Shown here: piece after piece, positions 9,445-17,759 of the stretch
How positions within the stretch are numbered: position 1 is the stretch's first letter
Layout: each line of letters opens with the position of its first letter
Origin: a virus
Lineage: Duplodnaviria > Caudoviricetes
Strand: one strand, 5' to 3'
Length of the DNA stretch: 55,865 nucleotides
IMG/VR virus record: IMGVR_UViG_3300002026_002321
Coordinates: 1 to 55,865 of that record
Position numbers and translations under genes: made by a program
Notes under the pieces: generated by a model
Told to the model about the DNA's origin: nothing
The model's input: only the letters and a program-made list of their open reading frames with translations
Database searches by the model: none

Positions 9445-9484
9445 CCGCTTTGAAAAAAATCTCAGCAGCTGCCGCAAAACCCAC

Positions 9485-9513
9485 TTGAATGCTGGCATGC
9501 CACAAGCTACATT
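9485..9513 (+). promoter_or_regulatory. Sigma70-like promoter, candidate late promoter
   Basis: TTGAAT-17 bp-TACATT upstream of the late gene block. Confidence 0.55.
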
Positions 9514-9534
9514 AATCCCGTACTGCTGATAATT

Positions 9535-9573
9535 GCGCCTACCCGATTCGTTCCGGTGGGTGTTGTGCTTTCT
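9535..9573 (+). terminator. Hairpin with T-rich tail just after the candidate late promoter
   Basis: GCGCCTACC / GGTGGGTGT 9-bp stem (3 G-U pairs) followed by TGTGCTTTCT. Confidence 0.4.
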
Positions 9574-9625
9574 GGGCCTGGCCAACGCCACGCGCCCCAC
9601 CTGCTCCGTCTCTGGAGACACTCCC

Positions 9626-9826
9626 ATGAAACTCATCATCACCCGTCCGGTGGTCCTCACCGGCGCTGGCGGCGTGCGCTCGCTCAAACCCGGCCTGACG
9701 GTTGAGGTCGATGCCGCCACCGCTGAACAGATTCTGGAACGCCAGGCCGGTATCCCGGCTGAGCCTGCTACCCCCGCTGAAGCACCTGCCCCACGCCGCC
9801 GTAAACCCACCGATGCTCAAACTTGA
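9626..9826 (+). CDS. Small phage protein
   Basis: GGAGA RBS; MKLIITRPVVL...; Pro/Ala-rich tail. Confidence 0.65.
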   Translation: MKLIITRPVVLTGAGGVRSLKPGLTVEVDAATAEQILERQAGIPAEPATPAEAPAPRRRKPTDAQT

Positions 9827-10388
9827 CATCACCGCCGACGTGGCCAACGCCACCGAGTACTTGTCGGACGTTGCCGCCAAGCGCATCCCGGATGCCGCAG
9901 CCAAGGCGCTGACCCGCACCGCCTTCGATGCCCGCGATGCCGTGCGCGCCGGTCTGCCCGAGCGCTTCAACCTGCGCCGCCCCTGGGTCAGCCGGGGCAT
10001 TGGCGTCACACCAGCCAAGCCGCGCACCCTGATGGCCGAGGTCTGGTCGCGCGATCGCTTCATGGCGGCGCAGGAGAGTGGTGGCAGCCATCCCGATGCG
10101 CGACCCATCCCGGCCGGGCGGTTGCGCGAGATGGCACAGAGCCGCGTGATCCCCAAAAGCCAGTGGCTCGATCAAGTCAAGAACAAGCCTACCGTCTTTT
10201 ACCGGGCTGGGATGGTGTTCGAGCGCCGCGATGAGAAACGCATCCTGGCGCTGTACCTGCTGCGGCCCAAGACTCAGATCAAGGTGCAGCCGCGTTTTGG
10301 CATGGCCGAGACCGTGCGCAGTGTGGCCCTGCGTGAGTACCAGCGGCAGATGGAGAGGGCATTGCGGCAAGAGCTGACGCGTACTTGA
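9813..10388 (+). CDS. Basic phage morphogenesis protein (lambda gpZ / minor tail Z-like)
   Basis: AAAKALTRTA..AR..V......RF.LR pattern; Arg-rich. Confidence 0.6.
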   Translation: MLKLDITADVANATEYLSDVAAKRIPDAAAKALTRTAFDARDAVRAGLPERFNLRRPWVSRGIGVTPAKPRTLMAEVWSRDRFMAAQESGGSHPDARPIPAGRLREMAQSRVIPKSQWLDQVKNKPTVFYRAGMVFERRDEKRILALYLLRPKTQIKVQPRFGMAETVRSVALREYQRQMERALRQELTRT

Positions 10389-10404
10389 ACAAAGGAGAAC
10401 GAAC

Positions 10405-10656
10405 ATGACGACGACACTCACCGACAAGCAACAGGCGTACATCGCCGCAGCCCCGAACAGCTTTGGCGGAGTGCTGCAGCGCGCCTTCGAAGGCAACGCC
10501 TCACCGCGCCAGGCCATCAAAGCCAAGTGCCTGACCTGCTGCAACTACCAGCGCAATGAAATCAGCGGCTGCAGCATAGCGCTCTGCCCGCTATGGGCAT
10601 ACCGACCCTACGTCGATCAAGCAGCCCAAAACGCCGTCGACAGATTAGGGCTGTAG
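10405..10656 (+). CDS. Small Cys-rich putative zinc-binding phage protein
   Basis: AAGGAG RBS; AIKAKCLTCC...CSIALCPLWAYRP. Confidence 0.7.
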   Translation: MTTTLTDKQQAYIAAAPNSFGGVLQRAFEGNASPRQAIKAKCLTCCNYQRNEISGCSIALCPLWAYRPYVDQAAQNAVDRLGL

Positions 10657-10758
10657 GTGCTCCGGTGGACGAGAGAAAAGGGATAAAGGTCTAGGTCGAG
10701 GCCCTAGGTATAGGACAGGGCACGTTTGACGCCCAGAGTCCCCGAGGGAAGCGATTTA

Positions 10759-10864
10759 GGGTCCTCCCGGGCCATTCTGGAAGCGGGGGACGCGCCAACC
10801 GCCCCGCTTGCCTAGCGTCAGACACAAAAAATAGGTGGTCAGGTGGTCAGGTGGTCAGTGGTCA
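10759..10864 (+). other. Lambda-like cos packaging region
   Basis: GGGTCCT (lambda cosQ sequence) at 10759-10765; inverted repeat AAGCGGGG/CCCCGCTT at 10781-10809; tandem GGTGGTCA repeats; directly upstream of terS. Confidence 0.7.
10834..10864 (+). repeat. Tandem GGTGGTCA x3 plus GTGGTCA
   Basis: Copies at 10834, 10842, 10850, 10858; two more inside terS at 11070 and 11085. Confidence 0.9.
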
Positions 10865-10896
10865 CCCCGGCTGCCATCGAATGCTTGGAGATTCCG

Positions 10897-11430
10897 ATGA
10901 GCATGAGTTTGCGCGCCTACGCCCGGCATCGCGGTGTGGCTCTGTCCGCCGTCCAGAAGGCCATTGCCAGCGGGCGCATCCATCCTGAGCCCGATGGGCA
11001 AATCGATGCAGCCAAAGCCGATGCCCAATGGGAGCAGCACACCCGCATCAGCCAGCCGACCACCCAGCAGGTGGTCACCCCCAAGGTGGTCAGTCCCGAA
11101 CGACCCGCCGCGTCACCAGCGCCCTCGACCACGCCCAGCGACGATGCCCGAGGCGTCGATTACCACAAGGCCCGGGCCGTGCGTGAAACCTACGCCGCGC
11201 GCCTGGCCAAGCTCGACTTCGAAGAACGCACGGACAAGCTCATCAGCAAGAACGAGGTCGACGTCAAGTATTTCCAACTGGCTCGGCAGTTGCGCGACCG
11301 CCTGCAGCAGATCCCGCGCAAGGCAGCGCCCGAGATCGTGGCCCTGGTGGTGGCAAGCCCGGATGTCCGAGGCGTCACCGACATCCTCGATGCCGCCATT
11401 CGTGAAGCCCTGGAGGACCTCGCCCGATGA
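10897..11430 (+). CDS. Terminase small subunit (Nu1-like)
   Basis: N-terminal HTH SLRAYARHRGV...AVQKAI..GRI; coiled coil ARLAKLDFEER..LI; follows cos. Confidence 0.8.
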   Translation: MSMSLRAYARHRGVALSAVQKAIASGRIHPEPDGQIDAAKADAQWEQHTRISQPTTQQVVTPKVVSPERPAASPAPSTTPSDDARGVDYHKARAVRETYAARLAKLDFEERTDKLISKNEVDVKYFQLARQLRDRLQQIPRKAAPEIVALVVASPDVRGVTDILDAAIREALEDLAR

Positions 11431-12927
11431 ATTTCACCCCCACCATGGCCAGCCGCATTGAGATGTGGCCGCTGGAGCGGCTCAAGCCCTACGACAGAAA
11501 CGCCCGCACCCATTCGGAGGCACAGATCGCCGAGCTGGCCAGTAGCATCGTCGAGTACGGGTTCATCTCGCCGATGCTGGTGTCCGGCGAAGGCGAGGTC
11601 ATGGCCGGCCATGGTCGCTTGGCCGCCGCGAAGAAACTCGGCCTTGAGTCAGTGCCGGTGGTGGTGCTCGATCACCTCACCCCAACCCAGCGCCGTGCCT
11701 ACATCATCGCGGATAACCGCCTGGCAGAAGCCGCCGGTTGGAACGAGGAACTGCTCGCCAGCGAACTCGCTGCCTTATCTGAAGGTGGTTTTGATCTCGA
11801 ACGGCGAAACAACGCCGCCAGCAAATTCGTCCATGAGCGGCATGACCGAAGAGACCACCGGCACCGACGCCGACGCCGACGATCTCACCCCACCGGCCAT
11901 GGTGATCAGCCGACCCGGCGATCTGTGGCAACTTGGCTCACACCGCCTGATCTGCGCTGACGCCGCCGACAAACCCTCCATTGCCAAACTGCTGGCCGGT
12001 GAAACCGCTGCCCTGCTGTTCACCAGCCCGCCCTACGCCAACCAGCGCAACTACACCACCGGCGGCATCGCCGACTGGGACGTGCTGATGAACGGCGTGT
12101 TCGCAGCCGCCATGACAGCGCTGCGCGAGGATGGCCAGATGCTGGTCAATCTCGGTCTGGTGCATCGTGACGGTTCGGTGATCCCCTACTGGGACAACTG
12201 GCTCAAGTGGATGCCCAGACACCACTGGCGCTTCTTCGGTTGGTATGTCTGGGATCAAGGCGTTCCCGTTCCAGGCGACTGGGCCGGTCGCCTCGCGCCA
12301 CGCCACGAGTTCATTTTTCACTTCAACCGCCAAGGCAGAAAGCCAAACAAGACCGTCCCGTGCAAATACGCCGGACAGGATGTCCATCTGCGCAGCGATG
12401 GCAGCAGCGCCGGAGGTCTGCGCAGCAAAGATGGCGGGCGCAGCCAATGGCATCATGCCGGTCAGGTCACCCAAAGTCACCGCATCCCCGATTCAGTCAT
12501 CACCGTCACCCGGCAACGCGGCTCAATCGGTGACGGGATCGATCATCCGGCCGTCTTCCCGCTGGGCCTGCCGCAGTTTGTCATGGAATCTTTTACCGCG
12601 CCCGGCGAGATCGTCTTCGAGCCCTTCTGTGGCAGTGGCACCACGATCCTGGCCGGCGAAGCCTGCGCCCGCACGGTCAGGGCATCTGAGCTGGCTCCCG
12701 AATATGTTGACGTGGCGATTCGCCGCTGGCTGCAACACCACCCGGATCAGCCAGTCACCCTGCTGGCCACCGGACAGGATTGGCAAGCCGTCAAAGCCGA
12801 ACGCGAACCGCAAGGCGTGACCAGCGCCAGTGATGGCGACTGGCACAACAAGAACCGCCTGGGGCGGCGCAATTCAACCATTCGCCTGACCGAGGCAGGC
12901 AGGCAGAGAAACCATGCATCACACTGA
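11427..12927 (+). pseudogene. ParB-like domain + N4-cytosine/N6-adenine DNA methyltransferase, split by a frameshift near 11800
   Basis: ParB-N (PYDRNARTH...AGHGRL...ADNRL) in frame 11427-11960; MTase motifs TSPPY, HPAVFP, EPFCGSGTT in another frame ending 12927. Possible restart at ATG 11833. Confidence 0.75.
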
Positions 12928-14221
12928 ACTCAAACTCGAAACCTGGCCCATCAGCCGTCTGGTCCCGTACGCGAGAAATCCCAGGAAGAACGATCATGCC
13001 ATCGACCAGATGGCCAGCGCCATTCGGGACTTTGGCTTTCGCATCCCCATCATCGCCAAGAGCACCGGCGAAATTTGTGATGGCCATCTTCGCTATAAGG
13101 CTGCGCAGCATCTCGGCCTCGAAGATGTGCCGGTCATCCTCGCCGACGATCTGACCGAGACGCAGATCAAGGCCTTTCGCATTCTGGTCAATCGCTCGGC
13201 CACCTGGGCCGAGTGGGACGATGATCTGCTGCGCCTGGAACTGGAAGACCTGATGCAGGCCGACTTCGATCTGGCACTCACCGGCTTTGATGCTGACGAG
13301 CTGCTGGAGATCATGGCCGGCGAAGAGACCACCACCGAGGGCAACACCGATGAGGATGCCGCGCCCGAGGTGCCGCTCACGCCGGTCTCCAAACTGGGTG
13401 ACGTCTGGATCTGCAACGGGCATCGCGTGCTGTGTGGGGATGCCACCGATGCCAAGAGTTATGAGGCACTGTTGCAAGACGCGCCGGTTGACATGTGCTT
13501 CAGCGACCCACCCTATTCGGTCAACTATGCCAACAGCGCCAAAGACAAGATGCGTGGCACCCATCGGCCCATCCTCAACGACAACCTGGGCGAGGACTTC
13601 GGGCCGTTCCTGAAAGCCGCGCTGACACCGGTGGTGGCGCACTGCGAGGGTGCGATCTACATCGCTATGTCGTCTTCCGAGCTCGACACCCTGCAGTCGG
13701 CCTTTCGCGCCGCCGGTGGCAAGTGGTCCACCTTCATCATCTGGGCCAAGAACACCTTCACGCTGGGGCGCTCGGACTACCAGCGTCAGTACGAGCCGAT
13801 CCTCTACGGCTGGCCCGAGGGCGCCACCCGGCATTGGTGCGGTGACCGCGACCAGGGGGACGTGTGGCATTTCAACAAGCCGCGTGTGAACGACCTGCAC
13901 CCGACGATGAAGCCCGTGGAGCTGGTCGAGCGGGCCATCCGCAATTCCAGCCGACCAGGTGACATTGTTCTCGACCCATTCGGCGGATCGGGCACGACAG
14001 TTATCGCCTGCGAGAAATCCGGCCGTCAGGCGCGGCTGATGGAACTCGATCCGAAATATGTGGACACCATTGTCCGGCGCTGGCAGCAATTTGCTGGTGG
14101 ACAGGCGGTGCGGGAAGCCGATGGGGTGAAGTTTGATGACCTGGTTGGCACGATAGAGGTCGCCAACGCCAACTCCAACGCCAACGCCAGCGACGAGATG
14201 GCTGCCGAGGTGGCACTGTGA
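12914..14221 (+). CDS. ParB-like domain + N6-adenine DNA methyltransferase
   Basis: PYARNPRKN...DGHLR; SDPPY; HPTMKP; DPFGGSGTT. Confidence 0.92.
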   Translation: MHHTELKLETWPISRLVPYARNPRKNDHAIDQMASAIRDFGFRIPIIAKSTGEICDGHLRYKAAQHLGLEDVPVILADDLTETQIKAFRILVNRSATWAEWDDDLLRLELEDLMQADFDLALTGFDADELLEIMAGEETTTEGNTDEDAAPEVPLTPVSKLGDVWICNGHRVLCGDATDAKSYEALLQDAPVDMCFSDPPYSVNYANSAKDKMRGTHRPILNDNLGEDFGPFLKAALTPVVAHCEGAIYIAMSSSELDTLQSAFRAAGGKWSTFIIWAKNTFTLGRSDYQRQYEPILYGWPEGATRHWCGDRDQGDVWHFNKPRVNDLHPTMKPVELVERAIRNSSRPGDIVLDPFGGSGTTVIACEKSGRQARLMELDPKYVDTIVRRWQQFAGGQAVREADGVKFDDLVGTIEVANANSNANASDEMAAEVAL

Positions 14222-14484
14222 AGCAATCGCGCTGGATGTCTCTGGTGGAGTCAGTCACCAACGTGCTGGTGGGCTACATCGTAGCGGTCACCACGCAGTA
14301 CTGGGTGTTCCCGCTGTTTGGACTGCACGCCACGCTGCAGGACAACCTGACCTTCGGGCTGGTGTTTACCGTGGTCTCACTGATCAGGTCGTACCTGCTG
14401 CGCCGGGCCTTTGAGGGCTTGCGCTTGCGTCAGACAAAAAACTCTTCATGGATGGCCGCTTGCACCACAAACCCGGTCAAGTAA
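14218..14484 (+). CDS. Small two-helix membrane protein
   Basis: GTGA-coupled; MKQSRWMSLVESVTNVLVGY..; two hydrophobic segments. Confidence 0.7.
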   Translation: MKQSRWMSLVESVTNVLVGYIVAVTTQYWVFPLFGLHATLQDNLTFGLVFTVVSLIRSYLLRRAFEGLRLRQTKNSSWMAACTTNPVK

Positions 14485-14795
14485 GCCATGTCGCGCGGGA
14501 TGCCGTATTCGTTGGAGGTGAAGCGGCTGATCTTCCAATTCATCCAGCGTTGGGTGGTCTGGGCAACGGCATCCTGAATGTCGCTGCCTGCGCACAGCCA
14601 GTCTTGCACCTCGTCTGCAAAGTGGCGTCCAAATCGGCTGTCCAAAAAGGCCCTGACTTGCTCGGGTTCGCACCCGGTGGCGCTGGCGATTGTTGCCGAT
14701 GCGATGGGCCAGGCGGCGCTGGCGTGCTCGTTCATGGTGCCCCAAAAGCCAAATCCTTCGTTCTGGCTGGGAAGGGTTTGTGTGGCGTTGGTCAT
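14430..14795 (-). CDS. Hypothetical protein (antisense cassette 1)
   Basis: AGGAGA RBS; GFWGTM...FLDSRFGRHFADEV; preceded by motif copy R1. Confidence 0.75.
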   Translation of the reverse strand: MTNATQTLPSQNEGFGFWGTMNEHASAAWPIASATIASATGCEPEQVRAFLDSRFGRHFADEVQDWLCAGSDIQDAVAQTTQRWMNWKISRFTSNEYGIPRDMAYLTGFVVQAAIHEEFFV

Positions 14796-14817
14796 TTCAA
14801 TCTCTCCTGCTTGGTGT

Positions 14818-14861
14818 GTTGCGATGCCTCTAGTAACGCGCTTCGGGAGGTGAAAGCCAAG
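14818..14861 (-). promoter_or_regulatory. Repeated promoter-like motif R1
   Basis: Minus strand CTTGGCTT-N11-AGCGCGTTACTAGAGGCATCGCAAC. Confidence 0.7.
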
Positions 14862-14911
14862 CGAATTGTTCAATCTTTTTGCGCTTGGCCCACGCTGCCC
14901 TGATGCTGCCC

Positions 14912-15178
14912 TCACGCCATCGTGTCGGCCCGCACCAGTTCGGCCTGCGCGCTGGCAATCAGGTCCAGGCGCAGGTTCGGGGTGATGTTGCAGGCCAGCT
15001 CGTTCAAGGTCCAGTTCATCACATCGGCCTTGTCGCCCAGCGACTCGGCTTCCTCGAACCGGCTGGTGTAATGATCAAGCTCGCGCAGGGCGCGCTCCAG
15101 GGTGGATCGGGCCTGGGCCAGGGCCTCACGGGCGCGGTGTTCGGCGTGCCGGGCTTGAAATTCGCGGGGGGTGTTCAT
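14912..15178 (-). CDS. Hypothetical helical protein (antisense cassette 2)
   Basis: AAGGAG RBS; preceded by R2. Confidence 0.75.
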   Translation of the reverse strand: MNTPREFQARHAEHRAREALAQARSTLERALRELDHYTSRFEEAESLGDKADVMNWTLNELACNITPNLRLDLIASAQAELVRADTMA

Positions 15179-15202
15179 GATGTGCTCTCCTTTTGGTTGA
15201 TC

Positions 15203-15246
15203 GTTGCGATGCCTCTAGTAACGCGCTGTTTGCTTGTGAAGCCAAG
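15203..15246 (-). promoter_or_regulatory. Repeated promoter-like motif R2
   Basis: CTTGGCTT-N11-AGCGCGTTACTAGAGGCATCGCAAC. Confidence 0.7.
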
Positions 15247-15285
15247 CGATGCGGCCTCTGGATTGGGCTTTTTCTTGATCAATTT

Positions 15286-16011
15286 TCAGATCGTTGCGTG
15301 ATAGGTGCGCACGCCGCCCTGGGGTTTGGCTGAGGTGATGGTCAGACCCAGCTTTTTCTTGAAGGCGCCAGCAAAGGTGCCGCGCACGGTGTGCGCTTGC
15401 CAGCCAGTTGCCTCGCAAATTTGCGCAATCGTTGCGCCCTGCGGGTGGCTGAGCATCTGCAAGATGGTGGCCTGCTTGCTGTCGCGTTGCAGCACTTTGG
15501 CAATGCGCTCCTCGCGCTCCTGGCGGATGGCAGCACCCGCCTTGGCGCATTGGACGGCGCGATCAAAGCCGTCTTGCGCTGCGTCGCCGGGTTGCTCTAC
15601 GGGCGCTATCGTTGGCAACGGTTCGCCCTGTGTGGCGTCGATTGGCGACTCTGGTACATCGGTGCCAGACAGGCCATCGTCGCAACCTGTGGCGATTTCG
15701 CTTTGGTCTGCATCCGCCTTTTGCGACCAGCTTGCCTCGGCCTGCGCCACGATGGTCTCCAGTTCGTGATCGTCTTGGGCCATCAGGCAAACCGTGGGGC
15801 GCGCGCAGCCCAGGGCGTCAAAACCCTCGGCGGCGACCAGCCAGTCTGACCCGAGTGGGGTGATCAAGGCGCGGTTAAAAAGTCCTTGCAACACCTTCTG
15901 GCGTGCGCCGCCCTTGATGTTTTCTGGAAACCAGTCAATGCGGCCGTCTGTGTGATGGATGGCATGGGCCAGGACAGCGTGCTGGGTGGCGTTGAGGGTG
16001 ATGGTGCTCAT
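15286..16011 (-). CDS. DUF3489-like winged-helix protein
   Basis: SKQATILQML..PQGATIAQI.EATGWQAHTVRG.FAGA.KKKLGL; AAGGAG RBS before ATG 16011. Confidence 0.85.
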   Translation of the reverse strand: MSTITLNATQHAVLAHAIHHTDGRIDWFPENIKGGARQKVLQGLFNRALITPLGSDWLVAAEGFDALGCARPTVCLMAQDDHELETIVAQAEASWSQKADADQSEIATGCDDGLSGTDVPESPIDATQGEPLPTIAPVEQPGDAAQDGFDRAVQCAKAGAAIRQEREERIAKVLQRDSKQATILQMLSHPQGATIAQICEATGWQAHTVRGTFAGAFKKKLGLTITSAKPQGGVRTYHATI

Positions 16012-16012
16012 G

Positions 16013-16246
16013 TCAGGCTCCTTCGTGGTGATTAGTTGAGCTGTTGGCCATCTCTGACTCAGTCGGCTTTGGCATGGACGCCCCCATCTCAACTCCGGCT
16101 TGAAAGGCGGCTTCCAGGGCGCTGCGCACACCCCAGACCGAGACGTCATGGAAGTCCAGGCTGTCTGAGTTGCGCGTTTCCAGGGTGTCGATCAAGAGGT
16201 GCTTCTGGGCAATCAGGGCAAAAATCTGGTCGATGGTGGTGCTCAT
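16013..16246 (-). CDS. DUF6900-like small protein
   Basis: IAQKHL.IDTLETRNSDSLDFHDVSVW.V..AL.AAF.AG; preceded by R3. Confidence 0.8.
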   Translation of the reverse strand: MSTTIDQIFALIAQKHLLIDTLETRNSDSLDFHDVSVWGVRSALEAAFQAGVEMGASMPKPTESEMANSSTNHHEGA

Positions 16247-16265
16247 GTCGTTCTCCGGTGGGTGT

Positions 16266-16309
16266 GTTGCGATGCCTCTAGTAAGACGCTGTTCGCTTGT
16301 GAAGCCAAG
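16266..16309 (-). promoter_or_regulatory. Repeated promoter-like motif R3
   Basis: CTTGGCTT-N11-AGCGTCTTACTAGAGGCATCGCAAC. Confidence 0.7.
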
Positions 16310-16340
16310 TCAATTGCTATCTTTTTTTGATTCTTTTTTG

Positions 16341-16703
16341 CTAGCAGTCGCATCCATCTGACGCTGCCCTACCACTGTGGGCAAGGATGCTGAGATTGTT
16401 TTGATGATCGATGGCCTCGATGGCCAGCACTACGTCAGCGATGCGATCGGCCTCGAAACCAAAGCCCCGATGGCGCAGTAAGTGCTCGATGCTCGGATGC
16501 TTCATCCGGGCGATTTCGCGGCAGGCCTCCAGCAAGGTCTGCAACTGCGCGATGTCAGCTTCGATGACCTGCTGCTCACGCAAGGCGCTGGCCAGGTCCT
16601 CTTCGCGCTCACCACGCACCCCATGGGTGTGGATCATGGCCAGGGTGCCCTCGATCATCTCGCGGGCGGCATTGACAAGGGTGTGCATGGTGGCAGGCCT
16701 CAA
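16341..16703 (-). CDS. Hypothetical protein
   Basis: Coupled to the upstream DUF3489-like gene; start may be ATG 16688. Confidence 0.6.
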   Translation of the reverse strand: MRPATMHTLVNAAREMIEGTLAMIHTHGVRGEREEDLASALREQQVIEADIAQLQTLLEACREIARMKHPSIEHLLRHRGFGFEADRIADVVLAIEAIDHQNNLSILAHSGRAASDGCDC

Positions 16704-17308
16704 ACAGCGTTGGCCAGCCCGGTCGTGCCCTGCGCATCCACCCTGCCTGCCACCCGGTAGATGCGTTCGCCTTGCTGCGGCTTGTGGGAGCTGATCAGCA
16801 GCCCCAGCTTCTTCTTCAACGCCCCGGCAAAGGTGCCGCGCAGCGTGTGCGCTTGCCAGCCGGTGGCGTCCATCAACTGTGCCAGGGTCACCCCTTCTGG
16901 GCGCTGGAGCATCTTGACCACCAGGGCCTGCTTGCTTTGGCCGCGTGCGCGCTTGGGCAACTCTGTCACTTTGGCCGATTGAGCGTCAGCCGATTGATCC
17001 TGCTGCCAACTGGCTTCGGCTGCGGCCACGGCGGCTTCGAGATCCGGGTCAGCGGCTTGGGGTGGCTGCGCCGGCGTGACAACACTGGCTGAGGCCTGCC
17101 CCTGGACGATGGCAAGTGCCGCTGGGGTCAGACGCCACTGTCCGTCGATCTGCGCGATCAGGCTTCGCTTGGCCAGGCTGGCGATCATCTTGAGTTTGGC
17201 ACCGCCCTTGAGGGCCAGCAGCGGCTCGATCAGGCCAGACGTTTCGCCATGGGCGCGGGTGATCAGGTCAAGCTGGCGTTCGGTGATGGGGGTGGTTTGT
17301 GCAGACAT
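16700..17308 (-). CDS. Second DUF3489-like protein
   Basis: SKQALVVKML.RPEGVTLAQL.DATGWQAHTLRG.FAGALKKKLGL; AAGGAG RBS; preceded by R4. Confidence 0.85.
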   Translation of the reverse strand: MSAQTTPITERQLDLITRAHGETSGLIEPLLALKGGAKLKMIASLAKRSLIAQIDGQWRLTPAALAIVQGQASASVVTPAQPPQAADPDLEAAVAAAEASWQQDQSADAQSAKVTELPKRARGQSKQALVVKMLQRPEGVTLAQLMDATGWQAHTLRGTFAGALKKKLGLLISSHKPQQGERIYRVAGRVDAQGTTGLANAV

Positions 17309-17325
17309 GCTGTGCTCCTTGGGTT

Positions 17326-17369
17326 GTTGCGGTGTGGGTAGTAAGGCGCTGTTCAAGCAAGAAGCCAAG
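17326..17369 (-). promoter_or_regulatory. Repeated promoter-like motif R4
   Basis: CTTGGCTT-N11-AGCGCCTTACTA...GCAAC. Confidence 0.7.
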
Positions 17370-17664
17370 CGCCGTTTGATCCATCGGCAGGAAAGAAGCC
17401 GATGTAGCGAAACTGGCTACGCTGCCCGTGGCCGTTGCCGCGCATGCCTGAGTAGCCGATGTCGGTGATGTCCTGGGTGCTGTAGCGGTGGCCCGGTGGC
17501 TGCGCCTTGAGCCAGACGTAACCGTTGTGCGTCTTCTGGCCCTGGGCGGTACGCAGGGCGATGCCAGACACGATCAGATAAGTGTCCTGCGCCCCAACAA
17601 AGAGGCTGGCGTCGACCTCGCGTTCTTCGCGGTTGAGGGTGAGCAGGATGCGGGTGGTTTCCAT
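17353..17664 (-). CDS. Hypothetical protein (antisense cassette 5)
   Basis: GGAGA RBS before ATG 17664; preceded by R5. Confidence 0.65.
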   Translation of the reverse strand: METTRILLTLNREEREVDASLFVGAQDTYLIVSGIALRTAQGQKTHNGYVWLKAQPPGHRYSTQDITDIGYSGMRGNGHGQRSQFRYIGFFPADGSNGAWLLA

Positions 17665-17680
17665 GGTGTTCTCCGTGGGT

Positions 17681-17725
17681 GTTGCTGACACCCGTATGAA
17701 CGCGCTGTTTGCAACACAAGCCAAG
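17681..17725 (-). promoter_or_regulatory. Repeated promoter-like motif R5
   Basis: CTTGGCTT-N11-AGCGCGTTCATA...GCAAC. Confidence 0.7.
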
Positions 17726-17759
17726 CCTTTGTTGCCTTTCTTTCGCATCGGAGTGGCTT

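Noticed and set aside
6321-14191. Short in-frame tandem repeats (about 6321, 7292, 7666, 14162) as phase-variation tracts
   Set aside because: Unit lengths are multiples of three with only 2-4 copies, so slippage would not shift frame.
11427-14221. Restriction-modification or partition system
   Set aside because: No cognate endonuclease or ParA; orphan ParB-MTase fusions near terminase are common in temperate phages.
14818-17725. Five repeats as a CRISPR array or integron attC sites
   Set aside because: They are hundreds of bases apart, not palindromic, and sit at promoter position upstream of ATGs; no integron-type integrase recognised.
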